Shown one piece after another: positions 36,601 through 45,223 of a stretch of 64,000 nucleotides of DNA. Each line of letters opens with the position of its first letter. The stretch's first letter is position 1. Made by a program: the position numbers and the translations under genes. The notes beneath the pieces are model-generated. The model was not told the DNA's origin, ran no database searches, and saw nothing but the letters and a program-made list of their open reading frames with translations. Location: positions 3,706-67,705 of the forward strand of contig JAZOSU010000010.1 in assembly GCA_045657265.1 (NCBI GenBank). Direction: 5' to 3'. This DNA is from Eubacteriales bacterium. Its GTDB lineage: Bacteria; Bacillota; Clostridia; Oscillospirales; QAKW01.

Positions 36601-37939
36601 AGCAGGTACTATAGGTACACTTGCAGATAAAACTGCTTACGGTTTTGTTAAAAAATATCTCGATTCAAAAAATGCCATATGCAATAAAGCTGAAATTCAA
36701 CGTTTGGTGGACGGTTGTGTTGGTGTAAGAAGAACAACAGGTCAGCATCCTGGCGGAATGGTTGTAATTCCGAAGAAATACAGCGTTTATGACTTTTGTC
36801 CTATTCAGCATCCCGCAGATGATCAGACAAGTGATATACTTACAACCCACTTTGACTTCCATTCACTTCATGATACTATTTTGAAGCTTGATATACTCGG
36901 TCATGACGTACCGACTATGCTTAAATATCTTAATGATATTCAGGATGTTCAGTTTGAAGATATTCCAATGAACGATAAAGATGTTTACAGTCTTCTTACA
37001 AGCCCTGCAAAACTTGGCGTAACACCTCAGGACATCAACTGTGAAACAGGTACTCTTGCACTCCCTGAAATGGGTACAGGATTTGTACGTCAGATGATGG
37101 TCGAAGCCAAACCAAAAAACTTTTCGGAACTTTTACAGATATCAGGTTTGTCCCATGGTACAGACGTTTGGATAGGAAATGCTCAGGAGCTGATTAAAGA
37201 TGGTACATGTGTTATCAGTGAAGTTATAGGTACTCGTGATAACATTATGGTTTATCTTATGCAAAAAGGACTTGATCCAAGTCTTGCATTTAAAATTATG
37301 GAGATTGTTCGTAAGGGTAAAGCAACTAAACAACTTACTCCCGAAATGATTGATGAAATGAGAAATCATAACGTACCTGAATGGTATATCGATTCTTGTA
37401 TGAAAATTAAGTATATGTTCCCGAAAGCACATGCTGCGGCATATGTTATTTCTGCCATGAGGCTCGGTTGGTATAAAATAAACAGGCCTCTTGAATTTTA
37501 TACTGTGTATTTTTCAGTTCGACCTGATGGGTTTAATGCTGTAGATGTAATGAAAGGCAAACAGTACATTGCAGATATCATTAAAAACTTGCAATCTCAA
37601 GGCAAACTTAAACAAAAAGATGCAGAAGTTGTCACTACATATCAGATAGTTATAGAAGCAATGGCGCGCGGTATTGAATTTTTGCCTGTGGATGTATATA
37701 AATCTGATGCTTTTGATTTTAAAATTGAAGACGGAAAAATCAGAATGCCGTTTTCTGTGTTCAGCGGTGTTGGAACGAATGCTGCAGAAAGCATTGTGAA
37801 ATCAAGAGATGCAGGTCCATATATTTCGCAGGAAGAATTTAGGACAAGATCAGGTGTTTCTGCGACCGTAATTGATATGTTTAATGATGCGGGTGTATTT
37901 GGTGATATTCCCAGAACAAGTCAAATTTCACTATTTTAA
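33662..37939 (+). CDS. polC: DNA polymerase III PolC-type
   Basis: OB fold; PHP domain (ELHLHSNMS, ITDH) interrupted by the exonuclease (VFDIETTG, AHNSKFD, HHRAIDDA); GSRGSVGSS; PDIDLNF; C-terminal QISLF. Confidence 0.98.
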   Translation: MADKKLLDLFNKCSFDEQLNNIFSDAVVTRVAANREHRALKVEIILNNYISHKQYSEFINLVKEIYNLNIFEANYKYNGIDFSLDYWNDIVDDLKILKPGSNGFLTGSKPKLEQNSLVVSLTHGGKILLDDLGVAMFLTSLINNRFSANLKVSFDESETKISGPGNDFYVSENIPLPEAPPVAREVKQETAPKSDNFYRKPSYKGPLVVTTPFEVTDEMILGTKLSNNFAVISENTDSDINNITIVGEVFKYDSKPTFDNSKKRCFIYLYDTTGSIIVKVTLPLEKAEEIESNFKPGKCLAVSGGISYDKYEEDYVFNPKAIALAKNKKKQDLAQTKRVELHLHSNMSAMDATNDIGDFVKTAAAWGHKAIAITDHGSLQGYPSAQAAASDNGIKMIYGVEGYLVDDCLFDEYIVFDIETTGLKCSVEKITEIGACKVRDGKVIDKFQTFVNPEKHIPEEITQLTGITDDMVKDAPKIAEALGEFISFCGNNPTLVAHNSKFDCSFISAACDLCGINFEYKQIDTVPLCREAFPDLQKVKLNIVAEYLGFTDFNHHRAIDDAIMLSKIFSVLLSKGVVKTKGKAYVNPDFNFKSKDAERYHIIILVKNKQGLKNLYELVTYSEINHFYRKPLMYRSEIERLREGLIIGSACEAGELYRAILAGKSDEECLDIASFYDVLEIQPLGNNAYLVRDGYVQSELDLQRINIKIINLADKLGVPVVATGDVHFLKKEDECFRRILMAGQGFTDADSQPPLYFRTTNEMLEEFSYLSPEDAKRVVVDNPNLIADMVEEIQPIPVGMHAPELEGCEQELRDIAMNNCKNIYGDPIPEYVEKRLVRELDSIINNGYSVMYMIAQKLVKKSNDDGFSVGSRGSVGSSFVASMVGISEVNPLVPHYICNKCKYSEFIHDGSVGSGFDLDDKNCPVCGEKLRTDGHDIPFETFLGFKGDKVPDIDLNFSGIYQAKAHKYVEELFGEGYVFKAGTIGTLADKTAYGFVKKYLDSKNAICNKAEIQRLVDGCVGVRRTTGQHPGGMVVIPKKYSVYDFCPIQHPADDQTSDILTTHFDFHSLHDTILKLDILGHDVPTMLKYLNDIQDVQFEDIPMNDKDVYSLLTSPAKLGVTPQDINCETGTLALPEMGTGFVRQMMVEAKPKNFSELLQISGLSHGTDVWIGNAQELIKDGTCVISEVIGTRDNIMVYLMQKGLDPSLAFKIMEIVRKGKATKQLTPEMIDEMRNHNVPEWYIDSCMKIKYMFPKAHAAAYVISAMRLGWYKINRPLEFYTVYFSVRPDGFNAVDVMKGKQYIADIIKNLQSQGKLKQKDAEVVTTYQIVIEAMARGIEFLPVDVYKSDAFDFKIEDGKIRMPFSVFSGVGTNAAESIVKSRDAGPYISQEEFRTRSGVSATVIDMFNDAGVFGDIPRTSQISLF

Positions 37940-37950
37940 TGGAGATTTAA

Positions 37951-38844
37951 ATGAATAATTTATTGCAGTTTTTTCAACAAAACAATATAGAGTGTAATAC
38001 TGATGTTTCTTTAAAGTCTATTTCAACTTTTAAAATAGGAGGAAACGCTGATATAATTTGTTATCCTTCAAGTGCAAAACAAATTTCTGATATTGTGAAA
38101 TTTTGCAAACAAAACAATATTCATTATTATAGTTTTGGTAAATGTTCAAATGTTGTTTTTTCTGATGAAGGTATAAGCTCTCTTATCATAAAAACGGATA
38201 AATTAGATGATGTTGTTTTAGAAGATGGTGTTTTTCAATTTGGTGCAGGTGTGATGCTTGCAAAAGCATCTAAATTCTCTATTGATTCCGGTTACAAAGG
38301 TATGGAATTTGCTTACGGTATCCCTGGTAGTGTCGGTGGCGCCGTTTATATGAACGCTGGTGCTTACGGTGGTGAGATGTCTTTTTGTGTTGAAAAAACT
38401 GAATATGTTGATGACAACGGAAGTATTTGCTATCTTGAAAAAAATATGCATGATTTCAGTCCAAGACATTCCTATTTTTCTGACAAAAATTACATTATAA
38501 CCAAAACTTACGTTAAGCTTGAAAAAGGTGATAAGGATGAATCGTTTGCATTGGTAGATGAGTTTCAAAATGCAAGAAAAGCAAAACAACCGCTTGACTT
38601 TCCCAGTGCAGGTTCTGTGTTTAAAAGACCCATTGGTTATTTTGCGGGTAAACTTATCCAGGATTGTGGTCTTAAAGGTTTCAGCATAGGTGGGGCTATG
38701 GTTAGTGAAAAACATTCAGGTTTTATAATTAATTTTGATAATGCCTCTTGTCAGGATGTCAAAAATCTTGTTGAATATATAAAACATAAGGTTTTTGATG
38801 AATTCGGTGTTGAACTTGAATGCGAAATTAAATTCATATCGTAA
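37951..38844 (+). CDS. murB: UDP-N-acetylenolpyruvoylglucosamine reductase
   Basis: TFKIGG, GIPGSVGGAVYMNAGAYG, QPLDFPSAGSVFKRP, SEKHSGF. Confidence 0.96.
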   Translation: MNNLLQFFQQNNIECNTDVSLKSISTFKIGGNADIICYPSSAKQISDIVKFCKQNNIHYYSFGKCSNVVFSDEGISSLIIKTDKLDDVVLEDGVFQFGAGVMLAKASKFSIDSGYKGMEFAYGIPGSVGGAVYMNAGAYGGEMSFCVEKTEYVDDNGSICYLEKNMHDFSPRHSYFSDKNYIITKTYVKLEKGDKDESFALVDEFQNARKAKQPLDFPSAGSVFKRPIGYFAGKLIQDCGLKGFSIGGAMVSEKHSGFIINFDNASCQDVKNLVEYIKHKVFDEFGVELECEIKFIS

Positions 38845-38854
38845 GTGGTGTAGT

Positions 38855-39757
38855 ATGTCTTTTTCTTTTGATACAAAATGTGAAATATGTGATGATATCT
38901 TAAAAAAGCAATGCTGTAAAGCGTCTCAACTTTACGGTATGGCTTTGTTTGCTCAGCATATAGAGTTGGATTATATGAAGCTAACAACAGAAAATGTTAT
39001 GGTTATTAATATCCTTAATAATCTGGCGAACGAAATATTTAACATTAATTTCAATATTGGTGAAAATGTTAATTCCTATTATGCTTATCTTGAAGGACAA
39101 CGTCTCCAAAAACTTTATGACGAATTTTTTATAAATATTAACGGCAAAATCAATTTTTCGATTAGTAACGTTTTAACAGAAAATATATGTTGTAGCTATG
39201 CATTTTTAAAAGGTGCTTTTTTGTCTGCAGGTTATATCTCAAACCCCGAAAGTAGTTATCACTTTGAAATCTCAACACCTTACTATCCTTTAGCAAAATC
39301 TTTGGAAAGCTTTATGCAAAGATTGGATTTCCCGGCCAAAACTGTTGTGAGAAAATCTAATTACGTTGTGTACATGAAAGGAAGCGAGCAAATTGAGCGT
39401 TTTTTGTGTTATGTAGGTGCTAATTCGTCTGCTTTTTCTTTTATGGATGCTAAAATATACAAAGAAATGAACAATTACAGCAACCGAATAAACAATACAA
39501 AATTACATAACATTGAAAAGACTTTAAATAAATCTGTTGAACAGATCAAAGCAATTAATCTTATTGAAACGAAAATTGGCCTTGATTCATTAGAGTCAGA
39601 TCTTGCTTTTGCGGCATTGTTAAGAAAAGAAAATCCGGATAAATCTTTAAATGAATTAGTTGTTTTGTGTGACAATAAATTCAGTAGATCAAGTCTTAAC
39701 AGAAAGCTAAGTAAATTGTCTGAAATTGCCTTGAAACTTGGAGAAAATAATGAGTGA
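38855..39757 (+). CDS. whiA: DNA-binding protein WhiA
   Basis: MSFSFDTK start (ATG 38855), FLKGAFLSAGYISNPESSYHFEI, VVYMK, NRINN...NIEKT, C-terminal HTH. Confidence 0.9.
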   Translation: MSFSFDTKCEICDDILKKQCCKASQLYGMALFAQHIELDYMKLTTENVMVINILNNLANEIFNINFNIGENVNSYYAYLEGQRLQKLYDEFFININGKINFSISNVLTENICCSYAFLKGAFLSAGYISNPESSYHFEISTPYYPLAKSLESFMQRLDFPAKTVVRKSNYVVYMKGSEQIERFLCYVGANSSAFSFMDAKIYKEMNNYSNRINNTKLHNIEKTLNKSVEQIKAINLIETKIGLDSLESDLAFAALLRKENPDKSLNELVVLCDNKFSRSSLNRKLSKLSEIALKLGENNE

Positions 39758-42700
39758 ATTTGTACATCTTCATGTTCATACTGAGTACAGTTTATTAGAT
39801 GGTGCCTGTAAACTGGACAAGCTTATAGACCGAGTGAAACAACTTGGTCAGAATTCTGTTGCCATAACCGACCACGGAGTTATGTTTGGAGTGGCAGAGT
39901 TTTATAAAAAAGCTGTTTCTAAAGGTGTAAAACCAATTATTGGTTGTGAAGTGTATGTCGCACCAAGAACTCGTTTTTTAAAAGATAATACCCTTGATGT
40001 CAAATACAGTCATCTCATTTTATTGGCAAAAAATGTTGAAGGTTATAATAATTTAGTCAAAATTGTCAGTAATTCTTTTACAGAAGGATTTTATTATAAA
40101 CCGAGAACAGATATGGACGATTTAAAGCGATATAGTGGCGGAATTATTGCTTTATCAGGATGTGTTGCAGGCTCTGTTCAGCGCTTGATTCTGGAAGGCG
40201 ATATAAATGCTGCCACAAAAAACGCTTTGGAATACAAAGAAATTTTTGGTGATGACTATTACCTTGAAGTTCAAAATCACGGTTTAGAAGAAGATTTTAA
40301 AATTATATCGGGATTAAAAGAAATCTCTTTTAATACAGGAATTCCTCTTGTTGCAACAAATGATACACATTATATATCTAAAGATGATTATGAAATTCAA
40401 AAAGTGCTTATGTGTATCAATATGAACAAAAGCATATACGAAGATAATAATTTATTTTTTCCTACGAACGAATTTTATATTAAATCATATGATGAAATGC
40501 TAAATGCTTTTTCTGATATGCCGGATGTTTTAGAAAACACAGTCAAGATTGCAGATAAATGTGATGTTAAACTTGATTTTGATGAAATGCATTTACCGAA
40601 ATTTGATATACCGGAGAATATTACAGGTTTTGAATATCTAAAAAAACTTTGCTATCAAGGACTTGATCTGCGCTACGGAAACAGGAAGTTTCAAGATAGA
40701 CTTGACTTCGAATTGTCTGTTATTAATCAAATGCATTTTGTTGATTATTTTCTGATTGTCAGTGATTTTATAAGATATGCCAAAAATCAAAATATAGCAG
40801 TAGGACCGGGTAGGGGAAGTGCTACAGGGTCTTTGGTTTCTTATTGTCTTGGAATAACTGATATTGACCCTATGAAATATGACTTGATTTTTGAAAGATT
40901 TTTGAATCCAAGCAGAGTTTCTATGCCTGATATTGATATAGATTTTTGCGTAGAAAGAAGACAGGAAGTTCTAAATTATATTATTGAAAAATACGGTGTT
41001 CAAAGTGTCAGCCAAATTATAACGTTTGGTACGCTTGCGGCCAGAGCTGCTATAAAAGATGTTGGACGAGTTATGGAAATTCCATACAATGTTGTAGAGT
41101 CTGTATCTAAACATTTTTCTCAGAAACCCGGAACTACAATACAGGGAACACTTGATTCTGATGAGGATTTACAAAATAGATATCAAAATAATGAGACTAT
41201 TAAGAAACTGATTGATACAGCTCTGCAGGTTGAAGGAATGCCAAGACACAGTTCTACTCACGCAGCGGGTGTTGTTATTACTGAAGGTCCTGTTAGTGAT
41301 TTTATTCCTGTTGCGAAAAATGACGATATTGTTGTTACGCAGTATCAAAAGACTGAAGTAGAACAATTAGGTTTATTGAAAATTGACCTTTTAGGTCTTA
41401 GAAATATTACAGTTATTGATAAAACTGTTAAATTGATTAGAGAATTTAATCCCGATTTCAATCTTAAAAATATACCTTCCGACGATGTAAAAACTTTTGA
41501 GATGATATCAGATGGAAATACTTTCGGTGTTTTTCAATTGGAAAGTGCCGGTATGCGTAAACTTCTTATTAATCTAAAACCTACTTGCATCGATGATATT
41601 ATCGCTGCGGTTTCATTATACAGACCCGGACCTATGGACTCTATCCCAATATATCTTAAAAATAGAAGTCAGCCTGAAAAAATTAAATATAAATGTGAAA
41701 AATTAAAACCTATACTTGAAAGTACGTATGGTTGTATTGTTTATCAGGAACAGGTTATGCAAATTGCCCGGGAAATAGCAGGATATTCTATGGGCCATGC
41801 AGATATTTTGCGCGCTGCTATGAGTAAAAAGAAATATGACGTTATGGAAAACGAACGCAAACTTTTTATTAACGGTGCAATAAAACAAGGAATATCTAAA
41901 AAAATAGCTGTTGAAATTTTTGAGGATATGAGTGAATTTGCAAAGTATGGATTTAATAAATCTCATGCCGCAGGTTATGCTGTTATTGCTTATCAGACAG
42001 CTTATCTTAAAGCAAATTATCCCGAAATGTATATGGCTTCTTTGCTCACAAGTGTTTCTGGTAATACTTCAAAAATCAAAGAGTATATTGATGAATCTCA
42101 AAGAATCGGAATACACGTTTGTCCGCCAAATGTTAACCGCAGTTCATCGGATTTTGTATCTGAAAAATATTTGATTTATTATTCATTAGCTGCTGTAAAA
42201 AACGTCGGTAAACGCTTTGCAGACAAAATTTACGAAGAACGTTTAAAAAACGGAGAATATAAAAGCTACGTGGATTTTTTGATGCGTTTACCTATTGAAG
42301 ATCTGAACAAAAGAGCAATAGAATCGCTTGTTAAATGCGGTGCCTTTGATTGTTTTGGTTATTCAAGAAAACATATGCTTTCGGTTTATGATAAGGTTTT
42401 GTTTGATGTTTCAATGTCTAAGCGTCAGGCACTCGAAAATCAAATGAGTTTTTTTGGTAATGATGATGTTTCATATAATTTTGATTATTTTTCAAATGCT
42501 GTTTCGGAATTTGAAGTCTCAAAAAAACTTATGTACGAAAAGGATAGCTTAGGTCTTTATTTATCTGAACATCCTTTAAATCGTTTTAAATCTTATTACC
42601 AAAAAGAAAAATTTGATTTAATTGAAGAAATAAAAAAAGGATATAAAGCCGATACTAAAGTGAAGATATTCGGTATTGTTGATACTGTCAGAGTTATCGA

Positions 42701-43139
42701 AACAAAAACCATGAAAGATATGGCATATCTGAATTTTGAAGATATAACAGGCGATGCTGAAATTGTTGTTTTTCCAAAACAATTTTCAAAATATTCATAT
42801 CAGTTAGAATCCGGAGCTTATGCCGTAGTAAATGGAAGTGTTTCTGAAAAAGATGGTGAGTCTAAACAGATTATTTGTGATGGTATTAATTTTATTGATG
42901 AAGAATCCATACTTGAAGATTTAAAAAAAGTTTATATTAAATTCCCATCTGAAAATTCAGAAATTTTTTATAAAGTTATGGAAATATTAAAACAATATGT
43001 TGGTAATAATGCGTGTGTGTTTTATTTTGAAGATAAATCCAAAACAGTTATTCCAAAAAATCTGAACATTCAGATTCATCAGGGAATGATCAAAGAAATA
43101 AAAAACTTAGTTGGCGATAAAAATATTGTTGTAAAATAG
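39750..43139 (+). CDS. dnaE: DNA polymerase III alpha subunit DnaE
   Basis: FVHLHVHTEYSLLDG PHP domain, GPGRGSA, MPDIDIDF, YGFNKSH, QMSFF clamp motif, OB fold. ATG at 39750 follows GGAG. Confidence 0.97.
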   Translation: MSEFVHLHVHTEYSLLDGACKLDKLIDRVKQLGQNSVAITDHGVMFGVAEFYKKAVSKGVKPIIGCEVYVAPRTRFLKDNTLDVKYSHLILLAKNVEGYNNLVKIVSNSFTEGFYYKPRTDMDDLKRYSGGIIALSGCVAGSVQRLILEGDINAATKNALEYKEIFGDDYYLEVQNHGLEEDFKIISGLKEISFNTGIPLVATNDTHYISKDDYEIQKVLMCINMNKSIYEDNNLFFPTNEFYIKSYDEMLNAFSDMPDVLENTVKIADKCDVKLDFDEMHLPKFDIPENITGFEYLKKLCYQGLDLRYGNRKFQDRLDFELSVINQMHFVDYFLIVSDFIRYAKNQNIAVGPGRGSATGSLVSYCLGITDIDPMKYDLIFERFLNPSRVSMPDIDIDFCVERRQEVLNYIIEKYGVQSVSQIITFGTLAARAAIKDVGRVMEIPYNVVESVSKHFSQKPGTTIQGTLDSDEDLQNRYQNNETIKKLIDTALQVEGMPRHSSTHAAGVVITEGPVSDFIPVAKNDDIVVTQYQKTEVEQLGLLKIDLLGLRNITVIDKTVKLIREFNPDFNLKNIPSDDVKTFEMISDGNTFGVFQLESAGMRKLLINLKPTCIDDIIAAVSLYRPGPMDSIPIYLKNRSQPEKIKYKCEKLKPILESTYGCIVYQEQVMQIAREIAGYSMGHADILRAAMSKKKYDVMENERKLFINGAIKQGISKKIAVEIFEDMSEFAKYGFNKSHAAGYAVIAYQTAYLKANYPEMYMASLLTSVSGNTSKIKEYIDESQRIGIHVCPPNVNRSSSDFVSEKYLIYYSLAAVKNVGKRFADKIYEERLKNGEYKSYVDFLMRLPIEDLNKRAIESLVKCGAFDCFGYSRKHMLSVYDKVLFDVSMSKRQALENQMSFFGNDDVSYNFDYFSNAVSEFEVSKKLMYEKDSLGLYLSEHPLNRFKSYYQKEKFDLIEEIKKGYKADTKVKIFGIVDTVRVIETKTMKDMAYLNFEDITGDAEIVVFPKQFSKYSYQLESGAYAVVNGSVSEKDGESKQIICDGINFIDEESILEDLKKVYIKFPSENSEIFYKVMEILKQYVGNNACVFYFEDKSKTVIPKNLNIQIHQGMIKEIKNLVGDKNIVVK

Positions 43140-43168
43140 TTGATTTTTTGATTTCTATGGTATAAAAT
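43140..43168 (+). promoter_or_regulatory. Putative sigma-A promoter of pfkA
   Basis: TTGATT at 43140-43145, N17, TAAAAT at 43163-43168. Confidence 0.55.
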
Positions 43169-43207
43169 CATTATTTGGTAGTATTTAGATTTATGGAGGA
43201 TTAGAAA

Positions 43208-44179
43208 ATGTCAATTGAAATGAAAAAAATTGGTGTCCTTACAAGTGGTGGCGATGCTCCCGGTATGAACGCTGCAGTAAGAGCTGTTACACGTACAGCG
43301 CTTAACAAAGGGCTGGAAGTAGTTGGTATTAAATGTGGTTATCAAGGTCTTATCGACGGTGATTTTATCGAAATGACTTATACAACTGTTTCACATATAA
43401 TTAACCGTGGTGGTACATTCCTTTTCTCTGCAAGATGTGAAGAATTTAGACATAAAGAGGGTATTCAGAAAGCTGTTGATATGTGTAAGAAACACGGCAT
43501 TGATGGTATTGTTTGTATTGGTGGCGACGGTACTTTCAGAGGTGCTGCAGATCTTTCTGCTATGGGAGTTCCTTGCATAGGTGTTCCTGCTACAATTGAT
43601 AATGATATCGGTGTAAGCGAATATACAATCGGTTTTGATACAGCTATTAACTGTGTTATTGATATGGTTGACAGACTTCGTGATACAATGGAATCACATG
43701 CAAGATGTTCAGTGGTAGAAGTAATGGGTAGAAACGCAGGTTATCTTGCACTTCATTCTGCGATTTCTACAGGTGCTACTGCAGTTGTTGTACCCGAAAT
43801 TGAATATTCATATGAAAATGTTCTTGCTAAAATTAAAGATTCTATGGCAGCAGGAAAACGTCACTTTATAGTTATTATAGCAGAAGGTAATGATATGGCT
43901 TCTGAACTTGCTAAGAACATTCAGAGAGATACAGGAATTGATACACGTTGTACAATTCTCGGTCATGTACAGCGTGGCGGCGCACCTACAGCCGACGATA
44001 GAGTTAAAGCTACAATTCTTGGTAATTATGCTGTTGAACTTCTTATGGCAGGTTACAGTAATAAAGTTTGTGGTATGAATAGCGGAAAGCTCGTTAATTT
44101 TGACGTACAGGAAGCTTTGACTATTAAAAAGCCTTTCCCAACTGATTTGTATGAAATATTTATGAACACAAGCAAATAA
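43208..44179 (+). CDS. pfkA: ATP-dependent 6-phosphofructokinase
   Basis: LTSGGDAPGMNAA, IGGDGT, TIDND, EVMGRNAG, LGHVQRGG. Confidence 0.97.
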   Translation: MSIEMKKIGVLTSGGDAPGMNAAVRAVTRTALNKGLEVVGIKCGYQGLIDGDFIEMTYTTVSHIINRGGTFLFSARCEEFRHKEGIQKAVDMCKKHGIDGIVCIGGDGTFRGAADLSAMGVPCIGVPATIDNDIGVSEYTIGFDTAINCVIDMVDRLRDTMESHARCSVVEVMGRNAGYLALHSAISTGATAVVVPEIEYSYENVLAKIKDSMAAGKRHFIVIIAEGNDMASELAKNIQRDTGIDTRCTILGHVQRGGAPTADDRVKATILGNYAVELLMAGYSNKVCGMNSGKLVNFDVQEALTIKKPFPTDLYEIFMNTSK

Positions 44180-44194
44180 TTTTACAAAATAGTA

Positions 44195-44223
44195 TTGATA
44201 TTTTTATTTTGATAATATATAAT
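44195..44223 (+). promoter_or_regulatory. sigma-A promoter of tRNA-Leu
   Basis: TTGATA at 44195-44200, N17, TATAAT at 44218-44223. Confidence 0.72.
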
Positions 44224-44236
44224 ATTAATACTTTTT

Positions 44237-44323
44237 GCCGGTGTGATGGAATTGGCAGACGTGCTGGACTCAAAATCCAGTGGTAGCGATACCGTACCGG
44301 TTCGACCCCGGTCACCGGCACCA
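44237..44323 (+). tRNA. tRNA-Leu (anticodon CAA)
   Basis: GCCGGTG acceptor stem pairs with CACCGGC, anticodon arm CTGGA-CT-CAA-AA-TCCAG, long variable arm, GTTCGA, encoded CCA; 87 nt. Confidence 0.96.
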
Positions 44324-44328
44324 CTAAT

Positions 44329-44371
44329 AAGAGATAACATTCTTTTATGTTATCTCTTTGTTTTTTATTTT
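44329..44371 (+). terminator. Intrinsic terminator after tRNA-Leu
   Basis: AAGAGATAACAT (44329-44340) / ATGTTATCTCTT (44347-44358) 12-bp stem followed by a T-rich tract. Confidence 0.85.
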
Positions 44372-44382
44372 GGAGTGAAGTT

Positions 44383-45168
44383 GTGAAAATAGCGTATTTT
44401 GGTTTTGATTTGTTTTATGACTGTCTTGAATATTTATCTAAATCTAATGAAATAGTTAAAATATTTACTTGTAAAGTCGATGGCGTATTTGAAACAAACT
44501 CAAAGGTATTTACACTTGCTAAAGAATTTAATATTCCTGTTACGGACGTTAAACCTACACAAAAAGATATTGATGATCTTTTGTATCTTGAATGCGATTT
44601 AATGGTCAGCGCAGGATATTATCATTTAATTCCAGTGAATAAAAATATTAAAGCTATAAACATTCATCCGTCGCTTTTACCTGAAGGAAGAGGTCCTTGG
44701 CCTATGCCACTTGTAATTTTAAACGGATATAATTTGACTGGTATTACTGCACACGAAATTACAGATAGCTTTGATGCAGGAGACATAATTCATCAACTTG
44801 ATGTTATTGTTAAACCCGAGGATAACCTTGAAAGTCTTACTGAAAAATTACAGAGAAAAGCAGTAAAACTTCTTGTGGAGTTATTTGCTGATTTCGAAAA
44901 CTTTTGGATGAACAAAAAGTCACAGAAATTTGGAAGTTATTGGCCCGAACCAAGTGTAAAGCAAATGACATTTACATTAAAAGATGGCTTGGAAAAGATT
45001 GATAAAATAACGAGAGCGTTCTACGGATATAAATGTTTTTTAAAAACTGAAGATGAAATTGTTGAAATGACAAAAGCGATTTGCGTTAATGATAAAAAAT
45101 CTATTCCCGAGAATGTGTTTAAAACATATGAGTTGGATTTAGGATTTCTGTGTATACTAAATACTTGA
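44383..45168 (+). CDS. Fmt-like N10-formyltetrahydrofolate-dependent formyltransferase (paralogue, substrate unknown)
   Basis: MKIAYFG start (GTG 44383 after GGAG), DLMVSAGY, INIHPSLLPEGRGPWP, TGITAH, FDAGDII. Confidence 0.85.
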   Translation: MKIAYFGFDLFYDCLEYLSKSNEIVKIFTCKVDGVFETNSKVFTLAKEFNIPVTDVKPTQKDIDDLLYLECDLMVSAGYYHLIPVNKNIKAINIHPSLLPEGRGPWPMPLVILNGYNLTGITAHEITDSFDAGDIIHQLDVIVKPEDNLESLTEKLQRKAVKLLVELFADFENFWMNKKSQKFGSYWPEPSVKQMTFTLKDGLEKIDKITRAFYGYKCFLKTEDEIVEMTKAICVNDKKSIPENVFKTYELDLGFLCILNT

Positions 45169-45193
45169 CAACATATGATGTGTTTATTATAAT
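45165..45193 (+). promoter_or_regulatory. Consensus sigma-A promoter of glutamine synthetase
   Basis: TTGACA at 45165-45170, N17, TATAAT at 45188-45193. Confidence 0.85.
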
Positions 45194-45223
45194 TATTTAA
45201 ATATTTATTTTTTGGAGGCTAAT

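Noticed and set aside
33662-43139. Inteins or introns in polC and dnaE
   Set aside because: Both have normal lengths and uninterrupted motifs. The exonuclease insertion within the PolC PHP domain is the standard architecture.
45150-45195. GlnR/TnrA box at the glnA promoter
   Set aside because: No TGTNA-N7-TNACA match; only a weak AACA...TGTT symmetry in the spacer.
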